Shown: positions 12,880-25,700, counted from the stretch's first letter. The stretch: 64,000 nt of DNA from Nitrosopumilaceae archaeon (GCA_965207375.1 CBDBMG010000002.1:576001-640000); one strand, 5' to 3'. Notes: generated by a model not told the origin, from the sequence alone. Translations and numbers: made by a program.

Positions 12880-13151
12880 GGTGAACGGTGAAGCTGTCAC
12901 GCCGTGTTTAATAATCGGATATTGAGCAAAACGTAACAAAATTGGAGTATCTCTTCGAGTATCTGTATGGTAATTCAAAGAAATACAAACCCTGAATCGG
13001 GCTAAGTCCGAATTTCATCTGTCCCACATCGGAATTATTCGGCGTACGTAAGTTTGTATTTTACAAGGTCTGTATGTGCCCGAATCGAGCGAAAAAATCG
13101 GGGTTAAACAATAGTATATCGGGTCCGAAATTTCGTTAGCGGTTTCCTGTG
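12880..13151. mobile_element. Probable transposon right end terminating CCTGTG (CACAGG on the minus strand)
   Basis: CpG-rich segment with CCGA/TCGG motifs ends ...GTTAGCGGTTTCCTGTG and switches abruptly to Academ coding sequence starting TTAG. Confidence 0.45.
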
Positions 13152-13206
13152 TTAGGTGTCTTAATGTTAAATGAAAAAATGTTTATAATAATCTTTTGAT
13201 ATGTAG

Positions 13207-14548
13207 GTACCATTAGGTGTCTTAATGTTAAATGAAAACAAAGGGGATGATATGATAAAGATTTTACAACATCTTCAGCGGTATATCCCTGTAAAGGAGA
13301 CTGAGGAGGATGTATATATCCCAAGTGAACAAAAATCGATCAGGAGACCTGTTGTTCTACAGCATAAAATATTGCTAGGAGGGGACCAATTGACAGTAGC
13401 ACGAACAAGAGGGGCTCAAATGGCTATGTGTAACGCAAAAACTGCAGATAAGAAATTGGAAGGCTTTATTCCAACAATACAAGATTGGCACACAAAAGTG
13501 GTTCTTATGGAGGTACGTTTTCATGCATGGTGTCCCATGTTTAAACACCATTATTTTTTGTGTAGGTGATATGGAAATACTTTTACAATGCTGACTCTAG
13601 TAGGGAACATGGTACTTTGTACCAGTTAAGGAATAAAATCAATCGTTCTGATGTTGTCAAGAATCCCAAATCAAACTTCAATGCTTGTGAGGATTTTCTT
13701 GAAATTGTTGTGAAAGCCCATATATTGAGTGCCGCTTTAAAAATACTTAAGATGTCCAACATTGAAGATCAGCCATCTGATAGTGTGATTGGGATTCCAT
13801 CATTAGAAAACCTATGGACATATCCAAATGACGAAAGAAAAGCTATCCTTCATTCAGTATGTGAAAAGATAGTGAACTTTATGAATTTTTCTTTTAATAC
13901 CCATCCCAATCTAACTACTAGAGACGATGAAGTACACAACTATGCTTGTAATTTTTTAAGCATAGGATCCTTCTATTTGGGATTTAAAGATGCTATAAAG
14001 GAAGGTGATGGCATGAGAGTTTTGGAATGTTGGCGTTACTTTCTGCCTGTATTCCACAATTCTGGTCGAAGAAATTATACCAAAGAAGCGTTTAACTTTT
14101 TAACTCAGTACCATCATGATCTGCCACCACAACAGGCTCAACAGCATTTGTCAACACCAGTGGAGTTAGGGGGAGAAATATTGCCTTAGATCTTCACCAG
14201 GAACACCTAAATAGACTCTGTAAGGACTGTGTTAAGGGTCTCGGTTCCAATAAAACAAAAGAAAACATTGTTCGCTGCAGCAAGGCTTTGGGTGTATTGG
14301 ACAAATTTTTAAGTAACTTTGATGAAAATAATAATGTGGCCAGTACAAGTGGGGCACATTTAACTCCTTCATATAAAGAAGATCTGTACTCAATCGTAGA
14401 TGAACTTAAGGAAGCTGATGTTTTCAGTATTATCTCAGGTAGAAAACACAAGTCTTTTGAAAAACCGAAGGATGTACTACACGCAAAGGATAAAGATGAA
14501 ATAGTCACATACGTGTCTGAACATTTGAAGCAAAAGTACCACATATAA
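13207..14548 (+). pseudogene. AcademH-type transposase (DUF6589-like), 3' exons
   Basis: GGDQLT, QDWH, LYQLRNKINR, FNACEDF, DAIKEGDG, NYTKEA, FVNTSGVRGRNIALDLHQEHLN. Intron 13513-13565; frameshift near 14145. Confidence 0.85.
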
Positions 14549-15065
14549 TTATACTACAAAATCTTTGCTTTTAATTTTGCATAGTCCACATTTACAAAGG
14601 TCATAACATATATCACAGCACATGCACAAGCTTGTTGCCTTCAATATGTCTCCTTCAAAATTTGTGAATAGCATTTCCCTTCTACAATTAAATATATTTG
14701 TAGTGTAAGATTTCATGTCTTTCTCCAGTTGTGTTCTAGATTCCCCTGGAATAAGTAATAATACAGCTACTGACTGCATACCATCTCGTCCTGCTCGGCC
14801 AGTTTCTTGAATATATGATTCAACGTTATCAGGAGCTCCTATATGCACAATCTGATGAACATCTAGACAGTCTACTCCCATCCCAAAGGTGACAGTGGCT
14901 ATCACTATCCTTAAATGGAAGATTTACTGAAAGAATGAAGAATATGGTCCTTGATCTCAGGGTCAGTACAGCTGTGAAACATCTCAACTACTCGGTACTG
15001 TGTCAAATCCGGAGCATCCACAGGAACAGTGAAGTGAGCACCTAGCATATAGTGTAGGTGGCTAG
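14549..15065 (-). pseudogene. RecQ-family SF2 helicase C-terminal part (AcademH accessory gene)
   Basis: VEMFHS, IATVTFGMGVD, YIQETGRAGRDG, CRREML..F, CMCCDIC. Frameshift near 14908; 5' part missing. Confidence 0.88.
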
Positions 15066-16094
15066 ACACCTTCAAAGCTAATCCCTTAGGGGATCCAGAC
15101 AGTTTACTTGATCCTACTAATGATGAGCTACAGGCTATATAAATTTTACACTGTACGTAACGTCTTAAATACGTAGGTCTGTCAGCTGTTTGTAGTGTGG
15201 ATAAATGCAATCATGACTATGACAAGGAAAGGTACGTACATATATTAATGCCATAATTATGCCAACTATATATACATCATTATAATATATAGCTATACAG
15301 AGTTTGTATATGCATACATATATTATACATTCTTTGTTTATAAACACATAGCTACAAAAAACCTACATATGGTGAAATGATAGATCTATTAACAGAAGTG
15401 GAACAACAATGCATCAATACTTAATTACCACATTATGTATTGCGATACACTGATGCATCATAGTATTGTCCCATCTCTATCTATGCTATTTTAGATCTAC
15501 AATTTTAAATTGTATTAATGTTTTGCTCTAATACAGAAACGAGTCTGGATTCACTATAATAGGTGTAATATTCCACCTATCTCACTATGGGCGCGTTGTG
15601 ACATCAATATATATGAAATGAAAAAAGAGGTCCTAAAAGACCAAGACACTATCTTTGCACATTTCTTACTTTATATGCAGAAATAGAGTCACAATGTAGA
15701 TTTTCTGTTAATAAAATAAACAAATATTGGAATAGTTTGTTCTTATAAGAAACAAACCATTTGAACATTCGTTAGTTTAAATAAGAGAATTTTCAAATGT
15801 GGAAATGTGCATTCATCCCACCACTAATTTGCATGGAGTGACAGTCATATGGTAAGCAAATTTACAGTACATAAATTTGCTTATAACTAGCTAATTACAT
15901 GACACATGGATATTCAACAATGGACTATTGAAACATCTGATGGGAGTAGGAGTGAGTATGTTGTCTAAGCTTTCTCTAGTAAAGACATTACTGATTTAAC
16001 ATTTCTGTCATAAGGTATCTAAGTACATACTCATTAAGCATATCCTGATTATGCCAGCATAATTTTAGGAATAATAGGGCATTGAGCATCCCCT

Positions 16095-16620
16095 TCAGAC
16101 ATAAGTGATCCAGAACATTTGACTCCAGCACATTTACTATTTGGCAGAAGGATTACATCCCTTCCACATCGTTATTGATCCTGACTATATGGAAAAACTG
16201 AGTCAGACCTGAGGAAAAGAGCTAAAACACAGGCACCGATATTCAAACATTTTTGGAAACGATGGTAACTAGAGTACCTAACATCACTCCGGGAATACCA
16301 TAAGACCAATGGCAACAATATCCAGCAAGTGAAGTTGTTTTGGTGCATGATGATACTCCAAGAATAAATAGGCAGTTGGCTGTTATTGAAGATGTTGTCA
16401 AGGGATTAGATAGATTGATTAGAGCAGCAAACATGCGCACCAACGCTGAAAGGATGAATCGTCCGATAGCACAATTGTATTGTATCCTCTGGAAGTTTAC
16501 TCTGCAGAACCTTTAAAGGCAATGAATATGGTTTCAGACACACCACAATTGAGTGATAAACTTGAGAAATTAGAGGAACAGACAACCAGTCATATGACCA
16601 ACCAGGGAGACAGCTATAAG
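16095..16620 (+). pseudogene. BEL/Pao LTR retrotransposon integrase C-terminal remnant
   Basis: LTPAHLLFGRRITSLP, FWKRW*LEYLTSLREYH, VVLVHDDTPR..LAVIEDVVKGLD..IRAA, NRPIAQLY. Confidence 0.8.
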
Positions 16621-17671
16621 AGCATATAAGAAATTTAGTGAATGTGCAAATACGTATGAGAAATAGAGTATCGATTTTGTGCCTGCATGCAAAAACACAC
16701 AGCTACTCTACTACATCAAATATACGTAAGTCAGAGACACAATAATATTATAATATTGTCACATGTAATATCTCTTTTGAGTCTTGTAGTTTATTTGTCA
16801 AGATTTAGTAGTGATTTCACAGTAGCTAAAACATATAATGTACACTAAATAACATGTATTATTTTCCAACCTACAGGTACTGAAGGAATCAAAGTTATAT
16901 GATTTCTGCAGCAAATGTGCATATTTATATGATAGCATTACAATGTTTTTTAACAAAGCCATTTTATTATAGTGTATGAATTGTTGTACTTTCAATAAAA
17001 TTAATTGCCCAGAAACAATGGTCAGGACTATGCGGGAACATTGTGGATGACATGCATTTGCTTTAGTGTGACAAATTTTGTTCAGTATATTCACATAATA
17101 TAATAATTTATTAAGTTTATTATTAGCCAAATTTTTAAAGTTTAATTTTGAAAAACTCAATTTTTAAAACTTTTAGTGCGTATTCAGGTAGAAGTGATTT
17201 ATTAATGCCTGGTTTCTTTTGTCCGGGAAGTCGGTATTGCAATTCCCACAGAAGAAACTACATGTATACCTGGAATCACCAAGGAAAGGATGATGGCATT
17301 CAATATCATCTTATCTAATAAGACAATTGGAAGGAAAGCAGCACTGCAAAAGATATTGTGGGGGTGTTTGGGGTCAATAAACTTTCTTAATCCTGTGAAG
17401 AAGGCAAAAAATGCCCAGAACAAGTCTCTAGATCCAGATTAATAACGGGTAATAATATTTTCACTAATAATTACTATATTATTCATGTTATTTTTCCTAT
17501 ACCAGAGATATGGGGAAAGCTGTGTTGATCTGAGACCAAAATCCATAAACTAAATTACTGAATGGGAGGGAAGTATGTAATAGTTACGTAGTTACATTTA
17601 TTCTATTGTATGCCCTCTTTAACTTTTGATCACGTGATTTGCCTCGTGCTGATACACCTTGCCTTCCAGTG

Positions 17672-18032
17672 TTACAGTTGTAAACATTTCACTGTCGCTG
17701 TGTTTATTCTTGGTTTACAGTGTACCTCGCAGCATTGGGTGCATTTAATACTCGGTTTAATGCAACTGGTGAGTCATTTTGTGGCTGCATTATATTCTCT
17801 GGTAAGTTGTAAACATTTCACCGTCACTGCGTTTATTCTTGGTATACAGTGTACCTCGCAGTGTATGTTGGGTGCGTTTAATACTCGTTTTAATACAACT
17901 GGTGACAGTCTTTTCTCTGGTAAGTTGTAAACGTTTTTCGCTGTTGCTGTTTATTCTTTGTGTATAGTGTATTTATTTGAACAAGGTTACCTTCCCACTG
18001 TCACTGTGTTTATTGTTGGTGTATAGTGTATC
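17672..18032. repeat. Degenerate tandem repeat, ~120-bp unit, about 3 copies
   Basis: GTTGTAAACATTTCACTGTCGCTGTGTTTATTCTTGG variants at ~17677, 17806 and 17923. Confidence 0.8.
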
Positions 18033-18263
18033 TTAACCAAAACACCCTGGTTATAAAAAGTAGCAGCCAAGAACTAAAAAGGCCAGCATCAAAAAAGTGA
18101 AATCAAAATGGGAGACCAAGGCCTGGTACTGATGGAAATAATTTATAATCACAATTCAGGCTGCAAAAATATTTTACTATGTTCGACCTTGTAATTTAAG
18201 TCTTTAAAGTGACAAACTTGTACAAATGATTTTTGTCATTGAAAATGTACAGTATCAGCTGCC

Positions 18264-18373
18264 TAGTCTCGCAAGCCAGACCCAATTTATGTGCAGGCCC
18301 TTATCAATTAGAGATAAGTGCATCTCTAATCGATAAGGCCCTGCTCGTAAATTGGGTCTGATTTGTGAGATTA
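18264..18373. mobile_element. 110-bp hairpin MITE with 10-bp TSD (Academ-like)
   Basis: TAGTCTCGCAAGCCAGACCCAATTTA...TAAATTGGGTCTGATTTGTGAGATTA, flanked by ATCAGCTGCC at 18254-18263 and 18374-18383. Confidence 0.88.
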
Positions 18374-18980
18374 ATCAGCTGCCTACAATTTATCAGTACA
18401 TGGACTACAAAGGAATATTCTCCATAGGAAATGTATCATAAAAATCCCTTGTTTTATAGCCTATCAGAGCGCTTCTTTTATTGTTGTTTGTATTTGAAGG
18501 GCTTCAAGACTATAAAATTTGATAACATAGAGGGAAATGACCCAAGCATGATATACTTGTTATTAGACTGAGGCATAGCTGAGGTCATTGGTGTTTGTAT
18601 CCAGCAGCTGCATTATTTTATTTTGTTGCCTGTATGTTGAAAGCTTCCCGGCGCCGGGGGGCTTTGCTGTTTTTTAACCCTATCTTTTTCAGAGTACCCC
18701 ACCAGCTTCTTAGTCGACTGGCCAACTCCGAGTGCCCAGTGATTTGTTTACTTCTCTAATTAATACCCACTCACCGTTAATCCACTGACACCGAACGCAC
18801 CGCACCTCTTCACATTTCGCAGTCACCTCCACAACAGCAAACCCACCTACTTGATAATAGAACACAGCAAGACACACTAGAGCAACGCACAAATTCAAAG
18901 ACACCAACACAACAAAGCACTTTAATTAGAAACACTATATGCATGTGTACTCTTATTATTTCGTTTTTTCCTAACACCTC

Positions 18981-19013
18981 GGACTGAAGAAGGCACTACG
19001 CCGAAACGTCTCC
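18981..19013 (+). ncRNA. Minimal type I hammerhead-ribozyme motif in a Penelope pseudo-LTR
   Basis: GGA-CTGAAGA-AGGC-ACTAC-GCC-GAAAC-GTC-TCC: CUGANGA and GAAA boxes, stem II GGC/GCC, GUC triplet, stem I GGA/UCC. Confidence 0.7.
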
Positions 19014-19135
19014 CCTCATGCACTACTTTTACGACGATCCAACTCGATCATAGATAAGCACTCCTTTACATTTATTATTTTATCACTTTTATTTGTATAC
19101 TTAACTTGTATTTATGTTTGCATTTGTATTATATT

Positions 19136-19196
19136 TTTAATTTAATCTATTACATTAGCATTTAATCTATTACATTAGCATTTAATCTGTTACATA
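19136..19196. repeat. 20-bp tandem repeat, 3 copies
   Basis: TTTAATCTATTACATTAGCA repeated. Confidence 0.85.
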
Positions 19197-20978
19197 TAAG
19201 ATAAATAATTATACTCGCTACCTAACGTTTTTAAGTACTTTCATGCTTATCCTCTGTTTTCTCTTAAATAATGCCCACCACGCGACAACTAACTACAAAA
19301 ATCACCACTAGGGTGCCTAAATCTCCACATTTACTACACATTCCCCCCCACAAGCTTAAGAACACACCACAACGTACCCTCACCGCTTCTAACTTACCAT
19401 CAAGCCAAACCCCCACTGCACAAACAACTACACAGTATGCACCCGAAGACACTCCCAGCTTACACTTAAAACACCCAAATAGCTATAACAGCACACTGGC
19501 TTCCCCTCCACCTGAACCCGACCAACACACAACACCTGCTCACATTGACTTGACAACAACTCCTGCTCAAACTGAAAATACACCCCCTCCTGACACCACT
19601 CAAATACATACCACGACTACACCCACAAACCAAACAACGACATCTAACCGCATCGAAGCAACCGACACCAACACTAAACTCACAGAACAACCCCGACATC
19701 AGACAGCAACTTCAACGCCACACAATCCCCCAAGAAGAAACCCACTAATGCACCGTCCACTGCAAGTCACAACAACATCACTAGGGACCCAACAGACATC
19801 CGTGAACAACTCTTTAAGTTAAAAACACAGCATGCCAAAGTCACACACCACCTCACATTTCTAAACACATGCATACACGATAACCTTGTACCACAGAGCT
19901 TTTGCATTACACTAACACTGCAGGCAATGGAACCAGACCACTCAAACATCCAGGAAGATTGGGAATAGACACTCCTAGACACCAGTAAGCACCTAGTTAT
20001 GTTAACACAGACGCACTACACCTTACTCCTAACAACCATCACAGAAAAGATCGAGGAACTAGAAACACTATTGAACAGCTTACACATTAACATGCAACAT
20101 AAACAACTTACAGACGTACAAATGCACAAACTCACCACCCTCGAGAAAAGATTGGAAGCTACACGCACCAACAAGATACATCGACTCAAGAACCCTACAC
20201 CCCAACAGGTAAGCTTCTCTGATCCGCCCATACAGAAGATATCAAACTGTTGCAGCTGTGAATTGTGATTATTAAAATTTTATATCAACACTAACACTAC
20301 ACTGGCCTGTAAATTCATACGTAGTTTTTGTTGAGATAGTTGTGTGTCAGGTGAGTGTATTACAAAGCAAGTTATCACTAGACAATGAGCAAACAAGAAG
20401 AGCAAAAAGGCAATAAATTTAGCCACAATTCCCTCCCATTCCAGTACAAAGAAGAAGACGATCCTGGACTATTCTTCGTAGTGTGGCCAGCTACTACAGT
20501 GCATGCAGACCTACCAAGTCACACGGGGCATGTGACACTCGCATTTAAACTAAATCTCCAGCTCACACGCATACTCACCACAACCTCCAGCAAAAAGAAC
20601 TAAAACTCACAATCAAATATTTTACATTACGTGAAGGGCTTGTAAGCACTTCCCAGGCCACATAATCTTCATAACCTTTTATTAAAGCCATACAATTATA
20701 TTCACTGTTGTAATAGCTTGTTACTAACTTACCATAATTCAATGTCTTTATGACCACAAGCACATCAGTGCACGTGCAAAAGCTACGTCAGCGCTCAATT
20801 GGTGATACTGATCATTACGTGAATTTACGCCCAAAACTACACATTCTCTAGCAATTTACGTTTAGGAAACCAATCATATGCACGTTAACTAGCAATTTAT
20901 GTATATAAAGCCATAGATTCTCCTATGGATGTGATAGTACAAATAGGTTAAATCCATTGCACTTTATTTACTATAAAT

Positions 20979-23145
20979 ATGGCTGAAAGTGACAGTTCAA
21001 GTGATATTGAAATAGTAGAACCTCCAACAAAATCACGGAAGCTTGAAGGGGCTACAAAGTACCCTACGAAGTTTAATCCTGAATGGAGTAAAAGGTGGCC
21101 TTGTATTTAGTGCACATCTGTTCCTTATAAGTTCAAATGTACCATCTGTGAGTGTCTAGTCAACTGTGAACATCAGGGAGAGAAAGATGTGAGACATCAC
21201 TTAGAGTCACAGAAGCACTGCAGCAATGCCAAGGCACTGGAAAACCAACAGTCAGTCACCACCTTCTTCAATATATATATATATATATATATATATATCA
21301 TTAAGTACGGTAGTACTTAATAGTAGGGATTGGTAGGAAATTGTACGGCTTCGGGAAAATTTTGCGCTTTAAAAATCAACCTTCCAATAGGCTTTACCCG
21401 AAAGTAAGCACTGTGTTAGCGCATCATAACATCCCCATTGCAGTAGCTGATCATTTGAGTCCAATGTTTAAAAATATATTTCCTGATAGCCAAATAGCCA
21501 AAATGTATTCTTGTGCTTGTACAAAAACAGCCTGTATACTAAATGGTGCTTTAGCAAAAGAATTACAGGGGTTGCTGATAGACAATATGAAACAAAGTCC
21601 ATTTTCATTGGCTACTGATGGATCAAACGATACAGGGTTACAGAAAATGAATCCACTGACTGTCAGGATCTTTGATACCAACAGAGGTTGTGTGACTTAG
21701 ACATGTGTCTAACTTCAGCATCTACAACAGAAGTAATTTTTTCAAAAATCAATGAAACCATTCAAAATTTTGATATTGATTGGAACAAGTGCGTTGCCTT
21801 TGGGGTGGACAACACAAGTGTAAACATGGGTGCACACAATTCTATTAGAACTAGAGTTACACAAAAAAACTCAGCTGTGCACTTCGTGGGGTGCCCATGT
21901 CATATGGTGCACAACACTGTGATCAAGGCCGCCGAAACCTTTCAATCCATCACTGGTTTTGATGTTGAGGATATGTTAGTAGACCTGTACTACTGGTTTG
22001 ACAAAAGTACAAAGAGAAAAAATGCATTAGCTGAATTCTGTAGTTTTTGTGATACAGAATACAAGCAAATAGTCAAGTATGTCTCTACCCGTTGGTTAAG
22101 CCTTGAGTGTGCTGTTGAACGCTCACTAAAGCAGTACACTGCACTTAAGTCATATTTTTTGTCATCTGAAGAATCACAGGCACGATTCCAGTGTTTAAAA
22201 CGTTTATTTGAAGATCCACTAACTGAAGTGTACCTTTTATTCTACCAGGCAATCATGCCACTTTTCAACTCCTTCAATAAATTACAGCAAGAAACACCTT
22301 GTATGAATTCATTTGATGATGGATAAAATTGAATCATTCTATTCAAACTTGATAAGGAAATTTGTTAAAGTCCAAGTAATCAGAAATGAAAAATCTAAAG
22401 GTAAACTATTTGGTATTAACCTTCAAGATGAGTGCTTAATACTCATCTTTTGCAACGAAACAAAGTCTCCAAAAGCTTCTAAATGAAGCAGACATTAGTG
22501 AGCACGATTATAATAAGTTTTACAAGGGAGAATGCACTTTCTTCACAACAGCAGCTGAATATGTTATTAAAACGTATCCATTGAAAGATGACCTACTGAA
22601 GCATGCAAAATTTGTAGACTTCGAAAAGCGAGAAGAAGCAACAATTTCCTCTGTTGAGTATTTTATCCACAGATTTCCTCACTTGGAACCCCTTCGTTAA
22701 CCAAAAGAAGTTAAAGTACTTCAACAACAGTTCCTTTCAACTACTTCAGGATACTGATATACCTGGTACTGTGTGGCAGGAGGCAAAAGTAAAAGTTGAT
22801 GATGAGATACGCTATTTACGAATAGATGTTCTGTGGAATCACATCTTCAATATGAAAGTTATTGGTTCCACTGAACTTAAAATTTCCAAACTACAACAAC
22901 TTGCTAAATCTGTATTGGTCATTCCTAATTCCAATGCTTCCGAGGAAAGAGTCTTCAGTATGGTGAGGAAAAATAAGACCCCCTTTCATCCCAGTCTAGG
23001 ATTGGATTGTCTTCTATCATTGGAATTAAATTAGGAATTGATGATCCTTGTGAAAAGTTTGAACCCAGCAAACAACTTTTGAAAGACTCCAAAAAAGCTA
23101 CCTGAGAATATAATAAAGCACATTCATCAAAAGAACAATCTTAAG
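20979..23145 (+). pseudogene. hAT transposase pseudogene with N-terminal Zn finger; interrupted near 21270-21400 by (AT)n and a foreign insert
   Basis: KFNPEWSKRWP, CTICEC..HLESQKH, FSLATDGSND, DNTSVN, GCPCH, TRWLS, IPNSNASEERVFS. Several stops and frameshifts. Confidence 0.88.
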
Positions 23146-24059
23146 TAGAAGCTATAACATTTATTACCTACCTTTTTATTTGACATACATATTGTTGTAA
23201 ACTAATAATTACACCTGACTACCGCTACTGCTTTTTAGTGCTACTAAAGTAAACTAAACTACTCTACATTATACTACTGTCACTAATATAATACTACACT
23301 ATGACTAAATATATGCTCAACTGACAACAGTACACAGTAACACTACACTATATTACACTACAGCTATTCTAGTAAATGCTCATCGTAATTTTATTATTGC
23401 ACACCAGCATGTGATAAGGATGATTTGAAAATAAATTTGAACTTGAAAATTTGTGTTTTGAAGCTAGTTGTTGATGTTTAAAGATCGCAATGCAGTTTGT
23501 TAGTTTCAGTAATAACACAATGATGGTTATGTTCTCTCTTCTGTCCAAGCCACCATTGACGGTGTCGGGTGGCCATGGATGGCACCAGGGGGATCTAGTC
23601 ACGAGGCCGGAGGGGTTTGGAAAGATCAAAGTGGATGATTTAGATTACAGAGAGGTTGACTGGGCCAGTGACATCGAGGTGAAATTGATGTTACACTCAA
23701 TCATGGTGTTGCTGCTCACTTTGAGCTACCATATAGAGCATATACGTGCAATTAATATTTACACAACTTGACTTATTCCTTCAAGCATAATGGTACAACA
23801 CCAGGATACATATCATTTGCTGCAGATTTTTTAAATATTATGCTTGTCACATTTATGTATTATAATTTTGTGCCTATTATGCTAGATTTTATTCCAGTAA
23901 TACACAGTTTAATACAAAAAACTGCCTAAAATCTAACCTGTTACATGCCAGTAGTTGTTATAATCATTTTAGTGATGCCTTTGAAGAACACAGGGATTGG
24001 TTAGACCAGACCAGAAGGCTAAAGATACCTTTGATTTTGCTCATAGCCATAACAAGGTT

Positions 24060-24460
24060 TGGATTAACCCAACTAAAAAAGCAAGTTTGTTTGTTGGAGG
24101 CAAACACAGTGAGAAGACTATCCGGTACTGGCGTAAAGTTTTTACACTAATCATGGGGAGTTTTCAGAATCTTTGCAAGGGAAGTGCAACAGGCCATATA
24201 TTAGATGATAACAACAGTTGACAGAAAGCTGCTGAATGGGCAAGGAGTAATTCATCTATTAAGTGGAAGCCCAACATGACATTAAATGATTTTAAAAATT
24301 GGGTCAACACTGAACTTTTTCCAAATATTGCAATAGTCCATCCTAAACACAAAATAGAACAGCAAGAAAATGGTTGCGTGAACTTGGATTTCCTCCACAT
24401 TCTCACAAAAAAGTGTTTCATAGATGGTCATAAACTGTACAATCAAATAATAGAAGATTA
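24060..24460 (+). pseudogene. Degenerate N-terminal fragment of a DDE transposase, family uncertain
   Basis: EKTIRYWRK, KAAEWARSNS..KPNMTLNDFKNWVNTELFP, LGF..KCFIDGH. Confidence 0.45.
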
Positions 24461-25570
24461 ATTTTATTTGAAAATAAACAAGGAACGCTCAGAATTAAAA
24501 CTTGGACATTTGGATTAATGAGGCTATGCTTGGTGTTCATTGATTATCATTAAAATTTGCTTACTTGCAAATAACTACAAGATGATTTTGCAACAATTAA
24601 TTTGTGGTTAGAAAGCCTTTTCTGCCTATACAACTTTCTCATCTTAGAGAAGTAACTACATTGTCACAGTATATGATTTCATTGTCCCTTATGTTTGTAT
24701 TTGATTTTGTCCTGTAGAGATTGGTTCGAAAAGGTATGCAATAATCGTATTAGCAACAAATGTGTTGTCATAGTAAATATATTGTATATTATCAACTCAA
24801 TGTTTCTTTGTGTATGTTAATAATATACTCTAAAAATACACTTTTATTTGCATTTTTAAATTTATTGCACATTCTAATGCACATCTTTATAATTATTTTG
24901 ATTATTGTTAAAATACCTTCGGGCCAAGTAAATTTCAAATTTCTTGCCGATATACAAGCCACAATCAATGTGTGGCTAAGGTATTTTGATAAAAGGCAAG
25001 AGTTAAATACCATATACATGGTAATTTAAGGAACTTATTTTTCACAGATAGAAAGTTGAAGAACATCAATCTGTTTACTTCAGCCACTCCTTTTTCAAGG
25101 ACTAAAAATTTTGTGCTCAGCAAGCTTCATATAAGAATTCGTAAAATTTACATCCCTTGAAAATTACTACATGTATGGTAAGCTATATCTCAATATATTA
25201 GTAAATCAAAGTGATCTCAGGGTGGTTATAGCATATGTGCTACAGTGAATAAAATAATCCACCCACTGCCATTATCTTATATTGACAGTGGCATAGCCAG
25301 ACTTGACAAGTTGGCAGGGAACATTTTAGTGTGTTTAGACTATAACAGCCAAGCTGAATACTGACATTTGATTGTAATCTATTTCTTGTAGATCCCTTAC
25401 TTTGCTCCATAGATCCCTGCCTCTGAGGCAATAAAAAAACAAGCAAATAGTGTGCTGGTTACCAGTGAGCATTAAATAAAGTAAATGGCGATATTACTAC
25501 AGATTACCACTATATTTTTTCATTGCTTGGTTGTTACAAGCAGCCGCAAAGGAACAATAACTCAAAAAAT

Positions 25571-25700
25571 TAGACTTCAAACCAACAGGCTCTACGGAAT
25601 TTAGAAACCCTCAGGTCCTTGCCTTCAGATATTTCTATATTCCGTAGACCCCTGTGATTTGAAGTCTACTATCATTAAGTACGGTAGTACTCAATAGCAC
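25571..25700. repeat. Long palindrome, Crypton-like terminal hairpin
   Basis: TAGACTTCAAA..TCTACGGAAT.TAGAAA / TTTCTATATTCCGTAGA..TTTGAAGTCTA. The adjacent TCATTAAGTACGGTAGTACT also occurs at ~21298. Confidence 0.6.

Larger units (their letters stand above)
18640..20210 (+). mobile_element. 5' part of a Penelope-like element (pseudo-LTR plus disrupted N-terminal ORF), truncated before RT
   Basis: Strong A/C strand bias. T/P-rich ORF 19271-19822 followed by HHLTFLNTCIHDNLVPQSF, the PLE N-terminal H..FL..C....vP pattern. Hammerhead motif upstream. Confidence 0.65.

Noticed and set aside
14549-15210. Host RecQ/WRN/BLM gene
   Set aside because: Truncated, frameshifted and tail-to-tail with an Academ transposase, so it is TE cargo.
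19271-19822. Mucin-like T/P-rich secreted protein
   Set aside because: No signal peptide; explained by the A/C-biased 5' region of a Penelope element.
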